64,000 nucleotides of DNA from Antedon mediterranea. Taxonomy: Eukaryota > Animalia > Echinodermata. The notes below the pieces were generated by a model. It saw only the letters and a program-made list of their open reading frames with translations, searched no databases and was not told the origin of the DNA. Both the position numbers and the translations under genes were made by a program. This document shows positions 1 through 13,600 of the stretch, in pieces. The stretch is taken from contig NC_092676.1 in the NCBI RefSeq assembly GCF_964355755.1, forward strand, positions 24,632,871 through 24,696,870, read 5' to 3'. How positions within the stretch are numbered: position 1 is the first letter of the stretch; each line of letters starts with the position of its first letter.

Positions 1-2346
1 TATCATGAAAAAGTAGAAGAAATTTGGCACCGTTATAGTAAACTGTAGCCACCTCCAGTCTCTAATGAAATACGCCAATATACCGTACGTAATAAGACCA
101 GCAGAGGTGAAGAAGTTGATGACCATACCAACGAACGTACGTTTTGATGGGCCGACAAGTTCAGTTGCTGCAAAGAAAAGGGAAAGCAAATACATATAAG
201 GATATACTATACGTATAAAAAGTATAAGTCAGTGATGATACAATCATTTCATCTTCATCAACACATGCTATTGTTCTTATTGATCATGACGTGATTTGAT
301 TGGATTTGTGAAAATATATCATATCAATATCATTTTCATCGAAGATCGAAATAATAGTTTTAGGATGAAAGCTTTTTATGTCTTTTGTTTTCTGTACGCC
401 TATAGGAAAATGTATCTATCTATTTATCATCGTTTGTTATCGTCCGTACACTGGCCTAACATGTGCCTGTAATTACGAAAGTTCTTTCCGCGTGCTCTAC
501 AACGTCCAGCTAGCTCCAGCTTGACTACCGTGGTCTTACTTACCAAGAGTAAATGAATTAAGGTATATTCCGATGTTAGCAAATCCAATGAAGAATCTGA
601 AAATGGTAAAATACCAATACCCCGGTGCTACCGTAGTAGCGACTCCAAATACAAGCGTTATAAACATACATATAAACATTGTACTCTTTCGACCAATTCT
701 AAAAAAGTAAAACATCAAAAATATGCAGTAAATTTAGTTGAAAAATTGTTTTAGACTCTCTAATAGCAGGCGGAAGAGTAGAGTAATATCACTCGTTCCT
801 AGCTTGGCACTGCCTACACTATCAAACTAGTTTGACAAAAAAAAGTGTGATGTGCCCAAATAGTGATATTCTCAAATATGGTAGTGATATGAAATCATCA
901 TGTCCATATATGAGCACATCACATTTTGTTGTCACATAAAGTTTGATAGTGTAGACGACGGTGCTTTAGACTATTGAAGCTTGTAGAAATCTGGACAAAT
1001 CCAACAGCAACCACCTCTCATTCTCTTCCCCCCCCCTCCCCCTCCTCCTCCTCCTCCTAGTAAAGCTTAGACCTACGTTTATTCTGTAATTAGTAAGGTA
1101 GGCTATTTTATTTTTTATTATTTTATTTATTCCACATTTATTTAGTCATCAATTACAGTACATCATAATTACAGTACATCTGAGAACAGGGATCCTGCAT
1201 AAAAAGCTGTAACTTCGTTTTTTTGTAGGACCCTTTTACATAAGAACAAGTATATAGAACTTAAATAAACAAAGGTATGTTGTTAATCAGCATATAGTGA
1301 TAAAAAGTATTTTTTTGACCTGTTTTGTTATACATTTATTTTGTTTCTTTAAGATAACCGGTTTATTACCACCATTACAAGTGAATTCTTTCCACAATTT
1401 TGGTCCATATATGTGTATAAACTGTTGACTGCAAGTTAGTCTTGTGAAGGGAATTTCGAATTCAGTTTCTGTTCTGAGGTTATGAGTAGGCCTATAATAC
1501 TGTCACAGTAATTAAAAATATTTAAAATGTAAAGTAAGTGCATAGAATGAAAAGTTACTTACAAATCCGCAACATTACCAAATACGAATGACCCTAACAA
1601 AACACCAAAGAAATATACTGACTGAGCGAGAGATGCTTTAGATCCATCGTTACATACAAGATTGAACTGGAAAGAGAAAAGGGAATCACGAAGAGAAATG
1701 TGTTTATATTTTGTTGGTTGACACACTTACAAGAAATAATGCATATCCTGTCTAATATAGGCCTACATTGTTCTAAAAGATTGCATTCTTCTGTGAAATG
1801 AATCGCAAACCAATTTTACCCCATTGATATGGTCGCATGACAGCTACAGTAATACCGTATGGTAGAGCGCATGAAGTGAATTTAATGGAAAACGTACTTT
1901 AAAGGCGATATTGGACAAGTTGACAAAAGGCTTACTTCCTGAACGATGGTATTCTTGTACTGACTTCGGTCATATTCCCATCCATCTTCACATTCTTCTA
2001 TATCTGGATCTGACAACTTACAACGCTCAGTATCTTCACCAAATTCAGAATATGTGACGTCACAACGTCTGCAGTTATTCTCCCGTAATATGGTGTCTTC
2101 GTCATCTTCGGGAATTGTTGCATTATACTTCAACGCATTACAGGTTTCCGTGTCTAGGCCCCAGAAGTAACAGTCTTGTCGTTCGAGTTGTGGGGTCTTG
2201 CACCAATGGTCTGTTCCAGCCGCCAAAAATACCTGTGCAAGGGTATTGTACATGGTCACTGTGGCCACCAAACATATCAGAAAATATACTCGTTTTTGGT
2301 AAAAACCAAACTCGCCAATATCTTTTAGAATATCGTCAAACTTCAT
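1..2346 (-). CDS. SLC22-family organic cation transporter-like gene, copy 1 (5' part only; exons 1936-2346, 1563-1666, 544-698, <1-167; continues off window)
   Basis: N-terminus [21 protein letters not shown], Cys-rich loop ending [27 protein letters not shown] motif [16 protein letters not shown] and RDWRWLQ. GT-AG boundaries and exon sizes (411/104/155) match the other copies. Confidence 0.92.
802..966. mobile_element. MITE of the CTGTCTACACTATCAAACT family (about 140-165 bp). Further copies at about 5120-5283, 11305-11463, 16695-16823, 28088-28225, 39169-39332, 39392-39513, 39790-39930
   Basis: Terminal inverted repeats AGCTCTGTCTACAC...GTGTAGACAGAGCT with shared internal motifs (ATATGGTAGTGATA, CACATCACA). 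The best-preserved copy (28088-28225) is flanked by TAA/TTA, typical of PIF/Harbinger (Tourist-like) elements. Confidence 0.75.
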
Positions 2347-2857
2347 TTTGTGTTTAATGCAGATACAAACAATGACAATGATCTGCGTAGTGTTAAACGG
2401 ACCTTGTACTATTTACTAATATTTAAGTTTCAAAATTATCGTTCAAATTATCGTTTCGGTTGATAAATGAATAGATAAACAATGCCTCCTTCGTGTCACT
2501 GCATGATATTAATTAAATTGTAAAGATACATCTTTTGTTACAGTGTTTTATAGCTGTGATTTGCATAAACTGTAGTAAATATCTGTATAATGTACCCAGT
2601 AAGTCTAAAAGGCCACCATTAGATCTACTACCTAATAATACGTGTAATATGGATAATGGCCCGATTATTTTATTTTTATTTTATTTTTAACTGTTAAAGA
2701 TATATTTTCCATGATCCACCTGAAAAAAATATTTTAAACATTTTTTTTTAATGTGCCATGCCAATGTCACACAATAGTTATTCCCTTTACCAAAAATTGG
2801 ATCGAAAATATTTACCTAAAAAGATTTCTTTTTTTTTGTTGAACTCCGATTATTCAT

Positions 2858-3856
2858 TAGGGTTGGTGAGTACCCTGCCAAAATACGCAAATTGAGGGCG
2901 CTATGCTTTGCCAAAATACGCAAATTGTGCCAAAATACGCAAATTGAGGGCACTATGCTTTGCCAAAATACGCAAGTCATGCCAAAATACGCAAATCTGC
3001 TTTGCCAACATACACAAATCATGCCAAAATACGAAAATCTGCTTTGCCAAAATACGCAAATCTGCTTTGCCAAAATACATAAATCATGCCTAAAATACGC
3101 AAATCTGCTTTGACAAAATAAGCAAATCTGCTTTGCCAAAATACCCAAATCATGCCAAAATACACGCAAAACTGCTTTGCCAAAATACACAATCATGCCA
3201 AAATACGCAAATCTGCTTTGTCAAAATACGCAAATCATGCCAAAATACGCAAATTGAGGGCGCTATGATTTGCCAAAATACACAAATCATGCCAAAATAC
3301 GCAAATCTGCTTTGCCAAAATATGCAAATCTGCTTTGCCAAAATACACAAATCATGTCAAAATACGCAAATCTGCTTTGCCAAAATACACAAATCATGCC
3401 AAAATACGCAAATCTGCTTTGCCAAAATACACAAATCATGCCAAAATACGCAAATTTAGGGCGCTATGCTTTGCCAAAATACACAAATCATGCCAAAATA
3501 CGCAAATCTGCTTTGCCAAAATTCACAAATCATGCCAAAATACGCAAATCTGCTTTGCCAAAATGCACAAATCATGCCAAAATACGCAAATTGAGGACGC
3601 TATGTTTGCCAAAATACACAAATCATGCCAAAATACGCAAATCTGCTTTGCCAAAATACGCAAATCATGCCAAAATACGCAAATTGAGGGCGCTATGCTT
3701 TGCGTATTTTGGCATGAATTGTGTATTTTGGCAAAGCATAGCGCCCTCAATTTGCGTATTTTGGCAAGATTTGCGTATTTTGGCAAAGCATAGCGCCCTC
3801 AATTTGCGTATTTTGGCAATTTTTTGGGTATTTTGGCATGATGCTCACCAACCCTA
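2858..3856. mobile_element. Foldback-like element with termini TAGGGTTGGTGAG...CTCACCAACCCTA, filled with GCCAAAATACGCAAAT-based tandem repeats
   Basis: 13-bp perfect TIR. The internal array of about 19-29-bp variant units runs forward to about 3701 and is then inverted to about 3840. It sits inside a degenerate AGATGTATTGTCC-family element (about 2696-4004). All ORFs called here are repeat translations. Confidence 0.75.
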
Positions 3857-4560
3857 CTCCTACTCTTTTTATAAGTAACATTAGTTTTTTTTGTTTTTTT
3901 TTTCTATGAAAGTGATTAACTAGATTAAAACTAAAAATGACCTATTCAAAGTCTGATTATATTAATTTTATTTTTTATGTTTTTTGGATGGACAATACAT
4001 CTTTCATGTAATTGATTTTAAGCGCACATCAGCACATGAAAGAAAACTGTACAGGTTGACTTATTTTATTCATTGTCAGTTGTCGTATTACATAATATTT
4101 GTATTTTAATAGATTATTCGTTTTATCTACATTTATAACTCCAAAATGTCACACAAGAAAGCTATGTCACATTGTTCATGTTATTATGAAGATACTGATA
4201 CGGTATCATGTCTAACGACAAGAAACAGTATGTATCAAGTCTGACGGCAACCTTTCTTTCACATGTGTTACTGTTTGTCTCTCTCTTGACACTATCATAG
4301 AAGTCCTTTTTCGAAAGCCTTATGTCACCTGTTAGTCCGGATGGTTAGTGCTTTAGCTTCCTTAAGGTTTATACCTCTTCAATTGCGTTAGCACCCCACC
4401 CTTTATTTTATTATAATTATTTGTTTATAGTGAAATTATTTTAAAGGGTTAGGTCATAATATTTAGAAGCATAAACTTATTTTGTTTTCGTGGATCGAGC
4501 ATTATCACTTGTACTACCAGTAATGAAAACCACATATGTCTACAGCTAATTCTCTTAACT

Positions 4561-7500
4561 TTACTCTACCACTTCATACGCTTGGTTTGTAAAGCTACTT
4601 TCAATATCCACTTGTCCACAGTAGTCAACCATCGTAGGTTTACTTGTTGGTTCTTTAACCTTTTTTCTTCTGTAAATTAATATAACATGATTAAAATTAC
4701 TGAAATTGTAAAGTATATCTTTATAATAATTATATCACTACTTAACTTATTTAATATGATAAATCATTAATACAATTTAGTACAATTATCTTGTGTAGTA
4801 GAACATTGAATTAATCAAAACTATACATTTGATATAAACTTACTTTCCAATTGTTTCTCCATCTTCTATTGTCTCTGGCAGTTCTTTATTGAGGGTTTCA
4901 GGTAGTAACAAGGCTAGTAGTCCAGCAGATATCGACATAAAACTGAAAATCATCAGTGGTAGAGGAGGCCATATCTTTCCAATTTCCAGAATAATGGGGG
5001 CGAGTATACCACCAACACGAGCCGACATGGACGATGTACCCATACCAACACTCCTGAAAAATTACATTAGTACGTCTTGTGTACGCTTGGTTATATTTTT
5101 TGGAAAATGTGTGTTTCTTTCTGTCTACACTATCAAACTTTATGTGACAACAAAATGTGATGTGCCCATAGATAATAATAGACATGATGATGTCATCTCA
5201 CTACCATATTTGAGCATATCATTACCATATTTGAACACATCACACTTTTTATCAAACTAGTTTGATAGAATTTAGACAGAGCTGTATGGAATTAGAAAAG
5301 ATAAATGCCGTAAATTGTCTGAGGACATTGATCAACCCAGATGTTCCAGATAACTTACCTGACTGGAGTGGGATACAGTTCAGCAGAAAACACATATATT
5401 ATACCAAACGAAGCAGCAATCCCGAATTTCCCAATAAGAGACACTGTAGTCCTACCCCATCCCATAGCTGCAAATGAATAGAGTTTAAACATTAAATCAT
5501 CACCTACCTTACTTTCTTTAAAAAAAAAACTAAAAAAAAAAAAACTTAATCAATCAATATTCATTAATTAATATTAATAAGTTTGCTCCTATGGAATTCT
5601 TTTGTATTGATATTCAACTAAAATCTGTTTGGCCTTTTTTTTTTTTTTTTTTTTATTAGAAAGTAATTTTACGTTATGTAATGTCTTTTGAAATCTCAGC
5701 CTTAAAGCCTTTTTTGGCTTATTTGAGATTCCACACATAAACTAAGACTTAACCAGGTTTTTATTTTTGTCTTGATCTTTTATTTATTTTATGTGGAACA
5801 ATAAAAAATGAAATGAAATAAATAAAGACGATTGTTTTAGTGGTAAATTACAAAAATTTGAGCAAAATTCTGAAAGTGATAAAGGGCGTGCTATTCAATA
5901 TTACAGCAATGTATTAAAAATATAAAACTCGAGACGTCTTATCGTCACCGATATATCGATTATTCTAAAAAGGAATATGTATGGTATTTTGGTATGTAGC
6001 TATTTGTCAACATTTCTTTCATCATATTAAGTGAATGGGTAGAGATATCTAATATGGTATGATTGGGATACTTACGGACCCATACAGTTGTTAAACAAGC
6101 CACACCTCCCAATACCATAAAGGCACACAGTACTCGTTTGCGACCAAATGTACCTATAGCAGGTATGGCCACAATGTATGCCGGTATTTCAACAACACCA
6201 GAAAGTATAAACGCTAAATAGTCTCTGCCACCCAGACTTGCAGTGCTCAGTGATAGTCCATAATATACAAGACTATTCACTAACCTAAATAAATTAAGAA
6301 GAACAAATCAGGTAAAAAATGGTGTATGTAATTTTTTTAAATTTAATTACTGTATACACTCGGTGCTGTGAGGCAGTGACGTTTTTTTAGTAACACATTG
6401 TAAAATGTATTGCTGGTAAAATACTGATCGTTCTTTACACGATCGTTAAAAAGAGACACGCTATGGGGTGAACGTGTTGAGGTATGCGATATATACAATC
6501 ACATAATATCACTTATTAATCATTTACCAATTGTAAAGAATATTTATAGTTTTCATCCGCAAGTTTGGAGTCCGAAAAAGATCGACTACGGTGTAGGTGA
6601 CGTCATGTCCTGCCTTCTCCTAAACATAAATATAAAGCAAGAAGAAAGAGTATAGTTTTATCTTTAATGTTGTTAGCGAGACAGAGGTGTACAGCCTGAT
6701 TTCCATATGTCGCACAAAAGAAGAGTTCATTCTTGTTTTGAGTTACGGCAACCAAATGAATTTAACTGTATGTGGCCTACTATGGCAGGTTACTTGTTTA
6801 ATTCTTCTATAAAATACAATTACATTTCTATGTCATCATCATTTATAATTGTTTACCATTTCCAATTTCTGTTCTTCAAATAAATTGTCAGGTAGTTCTT
6901 CCAAACTGACTTTGTTGACTTTTGCACATTCTTTGATAAGATCTTCTGCTTCGTCAAATCTTTTCTGTGATATCAGCCATCGTACAGATTCGGGGATAAA
7001 TCTATGACAAATAAATTCTGCTAGTTATGGAATAGGAAAACAGATAAATGAGTACCGAAACTCCGCCCCATCGGCTATCATTTGGCCCTTCGCTCTTCTC
7101 CTTGGTTTGCACTTGGCCCAACGCTCCTGCCCGCAAGCTATCACTTTGTCCAACGCCTCGAGGAAGAAGCAGAAACAGAGTACAATATACCGTAATAAGT
7201 TAATACGTCCGTTCATTCAAATGTTATAAAATGTAAAATAACAGTAATGTATTATGCATGTAAAGTTAGAAATGTCACTTTGCAAATTGGTTAGAGATTA
7301 CCCTATAGAACCAATACTTACGGGATCATCAGAAAGTAAAGTGCATTTGGCAATGTTATAGTTAGCTGTAACCATCGCCAATCCCTGATGAAATATGCCA
7401 GAACACCATAAAGGATGAAGCCGGATGATATGTAGAAGTTAATCACCATGCCAGCAAAAGTACGTTTTGACGGTCCAACAAGCTCAGTCGCTGAATAAAA

Positions 7501-8918
7501 TATAATAGGCCTAGGCATCATACAACTTACGTAAAATCACATAATAGTTTACTTTGATTGAAAAATGTTTACTTACCAATAGTAAATGCGGCAAGGTATA
7601 TTCCAATATTAGAAAAACCAACAATAGTTCTAAATACCGTAAACCACCAATAGCCAGGTGCAAATGCCGTCGCTATACCAAATACAAGAGTTATGAACAT
7701 ACACAGAAACATCGTCTTTTTACGGCCAATTCTAATGATAGAATCAAAATTACGGAATAATATTATTCGTTCTTATATAGAACAATGCTTCTAAGTGCTT
7801 CACATTATTACCCCGGTCATTTTTTTCGGATCAAACACGTATGGAAACATCCTCTTCCATAATGAAGCTAGTAATCGGCGGAAAACTGTGTCTTGACCTA
7901 ACCGGATACCTATTTATACACCTAGGTGGAGAGACGAAAACGTAAGTATAGTATCTTGCCTAGGATACATGCGATGCGACCAGAGTTGGATTCGAACTCA
8001 TGATCTCACGATCAGTAATCCAACGTCCACACACTGCGCAACATGCCCTCGGCAATATAGTACAGAATAAAGTAATAATTATAACAATATCCCGGATTTT
8101 ACAAAGTGCTAACTGATGTGAAACCTCTAAGCGCTATACTGTATATTGTTACCCCGGTCATTTTTTGGATCAAACACGTATGGAAACATATTCCCAGTAC
8201 AGCTAGTAGTAGCAACGCAAAGTTCAAACCTTATTTTTGAGTCAGTTATCAGTTATTATTAATGATTATCGGATGACAACGTTTGAAAAATAAATTGAAA
8301 GAAGGCAATGTATACTTACATATCAGCAAGAGATCCAAAAACAAATGATCCTACCAAAACACCTGCAAAATAAATTGATTGAGAAAGTGATGCCTTGGAT
8401 CCGTCGTCACACACGAGATCGAACTGCAATAAAATGTAATTATGTTTATTGACAAAATAGGTTATTAAACTGCAATTTATGTAGCTCTTTAACAATAGAG
8501 TTCTTACGTCTTGGATGACAGTTGCTTTGTACTGACTTCTGTCATATTCCCACCCATCTTCACATTCTTCTATATCTGGATCTGACAACTTGCAGCGCTC
8601 AGTATCTTCATCAAATTCAGAATATGTGACGTCACAACGTCTGCAGTTATTCTCTCGTAATAGGGTGTATTCGTCATCTTCAGGAATTGTTATATTGTAC
8701 TTTAAATCAGTACAGGTTTTCTCGTCTAGGCCCCAGGAATAGCAGTCTTGGCGTTCAAGTTGCGGGGTCTTGCACCAATGGTCAGTGGTGGGGGCTAGAA
8801 ATACCATAGCGACTTGAGGAAACAAGGTTGTTACGCCCGTGAAGCATAGAAGGAAGTATACTCTCTTTTGATAAAAACCAAACTCTCCAAGATACTGGAG
8901 AATGTCGTCAAACTTCAT
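4561..8918 (-). CDS. SLC22-family organic cation transporter-like gene, copy 2 (10 exons: 8508-8918, 8320-8423, 7577-7731, 7322-7490, 6857-7001, 6528-6619, 6076-6284, 5359-5467, 4844-5053, 4561-4669)
   Basis: Continuous spliced ORF with SLC22 signatures: [61 protein letters not shown] stop at 4561-4563; canonical GT-AG sites. Confidence 0.93.
7790..8050 (-). mobile_element. tRNA-derived SINE-like element in SLC22 intron 2 (paralogous copy at about 14895-15110)
   Basis: B-box-like GTTCGAATCC on the minus strand, a central GGGTGGAGAGAGGC...AAAGTGTCTTGCCCAAGG block, and an L2-like 3' tail (CTAAGCGCTT). Present at the same site in copies 2 and 3. Confidence 0.55.
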
Positions 8919-9281
8919 GTTTTCCTTTAGATTTTCAAAAAAACATTAAAAATCATCTGCTTTCTAAGCAAATGCCTGATAAATAACAAGGGTGTGAACG
9001 AAAGTGTACTTTGCACTTGTGTTTTAATTAGGTCGTTGGATACACCAATATGTTATACCATATATTTTTTTATCATTTAACTTCGCCATGTGTGATAACA
9101 AAGTAAACTTATCGAACTTCGATAACACGTATATAGGTGCATCATCACAGAAGCAGAGATTTGACGTTTCATACCAAATACATCCAATAGGGTTGGTGAA
9201 CCCCAATACATCTTTCTTTGGAAGATGCCATCTAAAGATGTACATCACACAAGATTCTCTAAAGTGAGTTTATAATCATGT

Positions 9282-10341
9282 CGACCATTGTCGAACCCCG
9301 TCTTTGCAAACAACCTACCTTTATGCAAAATCACTTAAACGAACTATATCGCAGTTAATAATATGAAACTTAATCCTAGCAAATGTTTAGTTATGAGTGT
9401 AAATTTCTCTAGAGAACATGTTAATCATGTTGTCAACATTGATGGACAGCCGTTGCACATTGTGAATAATACTACAATCTTAGGCGTTAACATTAGTTCT
9501 GATCTTAAATGGAGCTCTCATATCACTAAAGTTCTTAGCAAAGCTAATGGTAGATTATATATGTTGAAAGTACTTAAGCGATTCAAAATGCCAATTGTTG
9601 ACTTATTAACTATTTACACTGGGTATATCATACCATTAACTGAATACGCTGCTCCTGTGTGGCATTATGGTCTCACCCAACTTGAATTAAATATGTTAGA
9701 GCGAATCCAAAAGCGAGCTTGTAAAATTATTCTAGGGCCTATGTTTTCACACTATAATCTAGCTCTTGATCAGTGTAACTTAATACAGTTAAATGTTCGT
9801 CGTAATGATATTTGTAGCAAATTTTTTGCCTCGTTAATTTCTAGCCAAGATGAGTGTATTCCACTCAGTAGGGTTGAGTCTCATGGCAGAGACATACGAA
9901 GCGCAAACAAACTTACTGTCCCTGTTTGCCGGACTGTCAGATATCGTAACAGCTCCATTCCATACATGATTAGGCAATGGAACCGCAACTGGTTTTACTT
10001 CTGTATTGAAAATAATTGTATCCCTCTGTATAATATATGTTTGAAGTAATAAGAATAAAATATAATATGTTAGGTAATTTTGTTCAATTCACTTGGCCAG
10101 TCATTTAGATTTTTACTTGCTTTGATGTTGTGCTCGTTTATTTTAATGTTTTTATATGATGTATTGTGTGGTTCTCAATTTTTTATGTTATTTTATGCTA
10201 TCTTTTAAAAATATTTTAAATATTTTAAGTCTTTTAAAAATATTTTAAATATTTTAAGTACCTTTTAATAATGTAAAAAATTGTCAAAATTCAGTTTTTC
10301 TGTGAAGATGATTTTAATAAATATACCATTATGAATGAATG
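9282..10341 (+). mobile_element. 5'-truncated non-LTR retrotransposon (CR1/L2-clade-like), C-terminal RT ORF at 9363-10049
   Basis: ORF carries MKLNPSKC, ILGVNISSDLKWSSHI, EYAAPVW and LERIQKRACKII motifs. AATAAA at about 10316 and an (ATGA)n tail. The paralogous empty site (CATAATCATGTATTTGTAACTC at about 16547-16568) defines the insertion. Confidence 0.88.
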
Positions 10342-10627
10342 AATGTATTTGTAACTCTTATTCAATTAACTTTAAAAAAAAACAAACAAACAAAATAAAA
10401 ATGTGTATATATTATATATTTGTTTATTAACATGTAGGCTATTTTTAACCACAATGGCAATAGTTAAGTCCTTATTTATCGTTGACTTAAACCAAAAAAA
10501 TGGATGAGTAACAAAAACCGTCAGCCATTGTGTTTTGAGGTGACACTGGACATAACTCGTTCAGCACCAACAATATTCTTTGACTGACAATGAGCAACAG
10601 ACCTCGGGTCTTTACTCGAATCTCACT

Positions 10628-13600
10628 CTATTCTACCACTTCATAGGCTTGGTTTGTAAAACTACTTTCAATATCCACTTGTCCACAGTAGTCAACCATC
10701 GTAGGTTTACTTGTTGGTTCTTTAACCCTTTTTCTGTAAAATGACAATATTGATAAGTACGATTTAAGCATCATTTAATATCATATTTACACAAATTATT
10801 TTTTTAGTTCAAAAATGTAGTGGGGCTGTAGCTGGTGGTCAACGTGCTTGCCTTCCAGCCACAAGATCCGGGTTCAATCCTGACCTAGTGCCAGGGTTGT
10901 AACTCGCGACTCATTCAACACCACTCCCTAAGCCTTAAATGAGACTATAGTTTATCTGTTGAATGCGTATGAAATAAATTAAAAAAAATAAAATATTGAC
11001 TGTTTTATTGTTTGATAAACATACTTTCCAAAGTTTTCTCCATCTTCTATTGTTTCTGGCAGTTCTTTATTTAGTGTTTCAGGTAGTAACAGGGCTTGTA
11101 GTCCAGCAGATATCGACATAAAACTGAAAATCATCAGTGGTAGGGGAGGCCATATCTTTCCAATTTCCAGAATAATGGGGGCGAGTATACTACCAACACG
11201 AGCCGACATGGACGATGTACCCATACCAACACTTCTGTAAAATTACATTAGTACGTCTTGTGTACGCTTGGTTATATTTTTTGATAAAAAATGTGTGTTT
11301 CTTTCTGTCTACACTATCAAACTTTATGTGACAGTAAAATGTTATTTGCCCATAGATAACAATAGACATGATGATGTCATCTCACTACCATATTTAAGCA
11401 TATCATTACCATATTTGGGCACTTCACACTTTTTTTGTCAAATTAGTTTGATAGTGTAGACTTTATTGAACTAGAAAAGATAAATACTGTATAATATTGT
11501 CTGAGGATTACTAATATAGTAGCAGGTTAAACAGATTGATCAACCCGGATGTTCCAGATAACTTACCTGACTGGAGTGGGATAAAGTTCAGCAGAAAACA
11601 CGTAAATTATACCAAACGAAGCAGCAATCCCGAATTTCCCAATAAGAGACATTGTAGTCCTACCCCATCCCATAGCTGCAAATGAATATGAGTCCTATTA
11701 AAGTTAAGGCGATTGTTTTAAGGGTAAATTACAAACATTTGAAAAACGTACATGTATTAAGATGGTAGCCTGCTACAATATAAACTAAATTAACTCACGA
11801 AAAGGGCGAGCATACATTTATTTTCAATGATACTATGAATTTAAGATCCTAAAGACAGACATGTTATTTATGCGAAGCAAAAAACTTTACTCAATAAAAT
11901 GCAAATTTCAGCAAAACTCTGAAAGCGATAGAGGGCGTGCTATTGAATAGTAGCTCGAGACGTCTTGACGTCACAGATATATCGATTTTTCCTAAAATGA
12001 ATAGGTTTGCTTTGTGTATGTAGCTATTTGCCAACATTTCTTTCAGCATGGGTACATATAATATAATACAATATTTAAAATACTTACGGACCCATACAGT
12101 TGTTAAACAAGCTACACCTCCCAATATCATAAAGGCACATAGTACTCGTTTACGACCAAATGTACCTATAGCTGGTATAGCCACAATGTATGCCGGTATT
12201 TCAACAACACCAGAAAGTATAAACGCCAAATAGTCTCTGCCACCCAGACTTGCAGTGCTCAGTGATAGTCCATAATATACAAGACTAATCACTAACCTCA
12301 ACAAATTAAGAAGAACAATTCAGGTATAAAATGGTGTAATTATTATGCACTAGGCGCTGCGTGTCACTGACGTTTTTTTAGTAACGAATTATATAACGTA
12401 TTGCTGATCGTTCATTACCCGATAGTCAAAGTGAGAAACGCTATACGGTAGTAAACACGTTGATAATGTACAATAATAACATAATATCACTAATTATTTA
12501 CCAATTGTAAAGAATATGTATTGTTTTTATCCGCAAGTTTGGAGTCCGAAAAAGGTCGACTACGGTGTAGGTGACGTCATGTTCTGCTTTCTCCTAAACA
12601 AAAATGTAAAAGCAAAAAGAAAGAAACTTTTTGTTTCGTTGTATCTGTAATTTTGTTAGCGAGACTGAGTGTTACAGCCAGATTCCCACATGGCACACGC
12701 AAGAAGAGTCTGTTGTTTTAAGTTACGGTAACCAGATGAATTTTACTACAGTATATATGGCCGACTGTGGCAGCAACTAGTACTGTTTTCTTCTAGAAAA
12801 GACAATTACATTTCTAAGTTTATCTATCATTCTTAATGTTTACCATTTCCAATTTCTGTTCTTCAAACAAATTGTCCGGAAGTTCTTCCAAACTGACTTT
12901 GTTGACTTTTGCACATTCTTTGATAAGGTCTTCTGCTTCATCAAATCTTTTCTGTGATATCAGCCATCGTACAGACTCAGGAATAAATCTATGACAAATT
13001 AAATTATGCTAGTTATGGAATAGGAAAAAGATAAGCGAGTGTCGAAACTCCGCCCCATCGACTATCATTTGGCCCTTCACTCTTCCCCTTGGTTTGCACC
13101 TGGCCCAGCGTTTCTGGCCGTCAGCTATTACTTGTGCCCAACGCTCCTTCCAATTGAGAAAGAAGCAGAAACATGACAGTACGATATACCGTAATAAGTT
13201 AATATTTACGTTCATTTAAATTTTGTAGAATTTGAAATAACATTGTATTTTTTTTATTTTTTTTAATGCATGTAAACTTAAAGATATGTCACGGGACAGA
13301 GAGATTACGCTATAAAACCAATACTTACGGGATCATCAGAAAGTAAAGTGCATTTGGTAACGTTATAGTTAACTGTAACCATCGCCAATCCATGATGAAA
13401 TATGCCAGAACACCATAAAGGATGAAGCCGGCTGATACGTAGAAGTTAATCACTATGCCAGCAAAAGTACGTTTTGACGGTCCAACAAGCTCAGTCGCTA
13501 AATAAAATATAATAGGCCTAGGCATCATTCTATGGAACGCCTCCTCTGCCTTCAGTTCACATTTATCATGCAGTACACACCAATCGTCATGCAGTACACA

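Noticed and set aside
2816-3878. Many overlapping ORFs (MPKYANLLCQNTQI... repeats)
   Set aside because: Translations of a stop-poor tandem repeat inside a TIR element, open in multiple frames on both strands.
7025-7216. Similar short minus-strand ORFs in SLC22 intron 4 (also 13009-13215)
   Set aside because: The similarity is explained by the recent segmental duplication. Indels shift the peptide between copies and there is no recognisable domain.
8424-8507. Stop-free, 3n-length intron 1 in SLC22 copy 2 (84 nt) and copy 4 (96 nt), suggesting functional intron retention
   Set aside because: The closely related intron in copy 3 is 83 nt with a stop, and the encoded peptides are not conserved. 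Compatible with chance.
10818-10895. Possible tRNA-Gly gene (also about 17208-17285)
   Set aside because: The acceptor and D stems pair poorly, the two copies differ without compensation, and repeat-like sequence follows. SINE head rather than a functional tRNA.
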